From an uncultured Bifidobacterium sp. (lineage in GTDB: Bacteria > Verrucomicrobiota > Verrucomicrobiia > Limisphaerales > JADLHS01): a DNA stretch of 64,000 bases. The position numbers were made by a program, and so were the translations under genes. Under the pieces are notes generated by a model. The model was given only the letters and a program-made list of their open reading frames with translations, had not been told where the DNA came from and ran no database searches. This document shows positions 61,879-64,000 of this stretch, piece after piece (positions within the stretch are counted from its first letter, which is position 1; each line of letters opens with the position of its first letter). Location: the NCBI GenBank assembly GCA_964594985.1, contig CAZQNQ010000006.1, positions 1,997 through 65,996 on the forward strand. The letters run 5' to 3'.

Positions 61879-64000
61879 TCAGGGTGCGGAAACCGAGGTG
61901 CGATAGAACGCTCCAGCTCCGGGAGGGGTGGGGTCTGCCAGTAGTACCGGCCCGTCGTCGGCGACCGGCCCGTTGGTAAGAATCGTGGCCCACAAACCAT
62001 CCAGTGACAAACTGCGCCAGAGAATGTAGGTCCGACCGGCAACCCCATTCACCGAGACTGTCAGCGGCGCGCCCGCTGCCACGGTTTGCGCGAAGTAGTC
62101 GGCGGCGTTGTTTGGCTGGGTGCCAGCGGCATGTTCCTCGCGATTGGATTGGCCGTCGCCATCCGTGTCGGCGTCGGCGTCGGCAGCGTTCAGCGGATTC
62201 AAGCCATAGGTCACTTCCCAACCGTCCGGCAGGGAATCGTTGTCGCTGTCCGGGTCACGAATGTTGCGGATGCCATCGCCATCCGTGTCGGCAAAGGATT
62301 CGGCGCTGTCGGGCAACCCGTCATTGTCGCTGTCGCTGTCCAGATAATCCGGCGTGCCGTCGCCATCCGTGTCCACAGAGGTTTCCGCGCTGTCAGAGAA
62401 GCCGTCGGCATCGCTGTCAATCGCCGGGTTGGCGAGATTGGCGACCTCGAAATCCGACAGGGCGCGATTGTAAATCTGGAAATCATCCAACTGCCCGCTG
62501 AAGAGCGGGTCGGGCCACTGGCTCTTGCCGAGGTAATTGATGGCCGGATTGAACGAGGACGGGTTGAGCGTAACCGTGTTGGACGCGACGAGCGCACCGT
62601 TGACGTACAACTTTCCGCCGTCGCCCGCGAGCACCACCGTCACGTGCGCCCATTCGCCCGTGGCCACCATGGACGTATCCAGCCGTTGTTCGTTGCCGTT
62701 GCCGCTGCTGGTGATGGCGAATCGCAATGTGTCGCTGGCCGAACGCGGCGTCAGGAACAGGTACTGCGTGGTGTTGTTCCCGAAATCAAAGATGCGCTGG
62801 TAAACCGCGCCGCCATTCCATTTGAAGCGCGTGCAGATGGTGATGTCGTTCACGTTCAAAATGTTTGCCGGCAGCGTGACATAATCGTCCCCGGCATCGA
62901 ACCTGAGAGCCTGACCGTTTGGTCCCGCGACATACGCCGGCGAACCGAAGGCCGTTCCGTGATTAAATCCGCGCGAGTTTGTCACGCTGTTCTCAAAACC
63001 GTAAATCCCGATCACGTCCGGGCCAGGCGCGATGTGGATGTTCAGGGTGGCGTCATCGCTGAGTTGCGCTCCGTCGGTGGCGCGGACCAGAAATGCGTTC
63101 GGACCGACATTTGCCGCCCCGGGGGTGCCGCTGAACGTGCCGTCGCCGGCGACCTGCAACCACGCCGGCCCGCTGACTTTGCGATAGGTGATTGCGCCGC
63201 CTTCCGGATCAGTCGCTGTTCCAGCAAGCGTGCCGTCATATGGCCCGCTGGGAACGGCGTTCGAGCGCGACATCGGGTCAGAAGCAAACGCGGGCGCTTG
63301 GTTGGTGTACAGAGACGCGACCTGCGCTGGAGACAACGCGTAGTTGAAAACATAAAACCCGTCCACGCGACCGTTGAACAGCGGATCGCTCGCGAACTGG
63401 CTGTCGCCGATGTAGTTCACCGTCGGATTGAAGTCCGAAGGGTTGATTGTCATCGTCCCGGAGACTGCGGCCTGCGCGCCATTCACGTAAAGGCGTCCAA
63501 CATTGCCAGCCAACGTAACGACCACCTGCCGCCACTGGCCGACGGGCAACGCGGCGGTTTCCATGATCTGCTCGGCCCCCCCGTTCTTGATCGCAAAGCG
63601 CAACGTGCCGTTGCCGGAACTCGGGGTGAGAAACAGATATTGACCCGTGCCCGTGCCGAAGTCGTAAATGCGCTGCCAGTTCGCGCCGCCGTCCCAGTTG
63701 ACCCAGGTCGCAATCGTGATGTCTTCGGAATTGGCCACCCCGGCGGGTAACGTCACCAGATCGTCCACGCCATCGAGATCAACGGCCTGGCCGAGATGCC
63801 CCGCGATATAAGCCGGTGAACCGGTTGTCGTGCCGTGCAACGTGCCGACGCTCGACAACGCATTCCCATCGAACTCATACCGCGCAACCATGTTGGCCTG
63901 ACCGCTGACGGAGATCGTCAGTTGCGCGAAGGCGCTCGCGCCGGCAGCGTCGCTGACGCGTATGATAAAAGTGTTCGTCCCGCCGTCCCCGTCCCCGGGC
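61879..64000 (-). CDS. Secreted LamG / Ig-like / thrombospondin-type-3 calcium-binding repeat protein, N-terminus outside the window
   Basis: ORF 61879..63891 remains open in the same frame up to position 64000 (my own translation: ...TFIIRVSDAAGASAFAQLTISVSGQANMVARYEF). LamG signatures WQRIYDFG and YQRIFDFG/DDFQIY. D-rich repeats DSDADGFSD, DTDGDGTPD, DSDSDNDGLPD and DTDGDGIRN. Confidence 0.75.
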   Translation of the reverse strand, partial: PGDGDGGTNTFIIRVSDAAGASAFAQLTISVSGQANMVARYEFDGNALSSVGTLHGTTTGSPAYIAGHLGQAVDLDGVDDLVTLPAGVANSEDITIATWVNWDGGANWQRIYDFGTGTGQYLFLTPSSGNGTLRFAIKNGGAEQIMETAALPVGQWRQVVVTLAGNVGRLYVNGAQAAVSGTMTINPSDFNPTVNYIGDSQFASDPLFNGRVDGFYVFNYALSPAQVASLYTNQAPAFASDPMSRSNAVPSGPYDGTLAGTATDPEGGAITYRKVSGPAWLQVAGDGTFSGTPGAANVGPNAFLVRATDGAQLSDDATLNIHIAPGPDVIGIYGFENSVTNSRGFNHGTAFGSPAYVAGPNGQALRFDAGDDYVTLPANILNVNDITICTRFKWNGGAVYQRIFDFGNNTTQYLFLTPRSASDTLRFAITSSGNGNEQRLDTSMVATGEWAHVTVVLAGDGGKLYVNGALVASNTVTLNPSSFNPAINYLGKSQWPDPLFSGQLDDFQIYNRALSDFEVANLANPAIDSDADGFSDSAETSVDTDGDGTPDYLDSDSDNDGLPDSAESFADTDGDGIRNIRDPDSDNDSLPDGWEVTYGLNPLNAADADADTDGDGQSNREEHAAGTQPNNAADYFAQTVAAGAPLTVSVNGVAGRTYILWRSLSLDGLWATILTNGPVADDGPVLLADPTPPGAGAFYRTSVSAP

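Noticed and set aside
62086-63750. 554-aa plus-strand ORF
   Set aside because: It is antisense to the LamG/TSP3 protein gene and has shadow composition.
1-64000. tRNA, rRNA, tmRNA or riboswitch genes in the intergenic regions
   Set aside because: By eye, the intergenic regions contain only the repeat families described above. I saw no cloverleaf-like or conserved ncRNA signatures, but I cannot exclude small ncRNAs without covariance-model searches (tRNAscan-SE, Infernal/Rfam).

Overview
High-GC (about 57-65% by eye) bacterial chromosome segment. The gene content points to a PVC-type genome, most likely Verrucomicrobia-like: a DUF1559/prepilin-type protein, a PEP-CTERM protein, giant LamG-rich secreted proteins, and an ECF sigma factor paired with a Ser/Thr kinase. 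This taxonomic call is inference, not a database hit. Layout: (1) 1-6111, housekeeping and sugar-metabolism genes (TIM-barrel isomerase, methyltransferase, Tat-signal Gfo/Idh/MocA oxidoreductase, beta-helix protein, lepB). (2) 6114-8555, a lower-GC accessory patch between lepB and the 3-prime end of mutS. It holds a PIN-nuclease two-gene module and a nucleotidyltransferase-fold two-gene cassette, and the cassette is bracketed by duplicated copies of the mutS 3-prime terminus. (3) 8555-15530, mutS, a HEAT-repeat protein, a zinc-ribbon protein and tonB-like/exbB/exbD. (4) 15868-38446, a 22.6-kb convergent type II FAS/PKS-like lipid cluster of the aryl-polyene/xanthomonadin type: AMP-ligase, 2 ACPs, KS/CLF genes, 2 hotdog dehydratases, GT2, an MMPL exporter fused to PlsC and a methyltransferase, a LolA-like protein, a lipoprotein, acyltransferases, a NodB deacetylase, a C45 Ntn-acyltransferase, a PaaK-like ligase and an FAD oxidoreductase. 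No ketoreductase or thioesterase is seen in the window. (5) 38546-64000, a plant-polysaccharide (arabinan/arabinoxylan-type) locus with GH51, three GH43 catalytic modules, five large secreted LamG proteins, a PEP-CTERM protein, a prepilin-like protein and an ECF-sigma/STK pair. The whole window is peppered with several families of palindromic REP/MITE-like elements, and several of them sit in frame inside conserved coding genes (mutS, a ketosynthase, an FAD oxidoreductase, an acyltransferase tail). No rRNA, tRNA or CRISPR array was recognised. Many long ORFs in the track are antisense shadows typical of high-GC DNA, and I rejected them.
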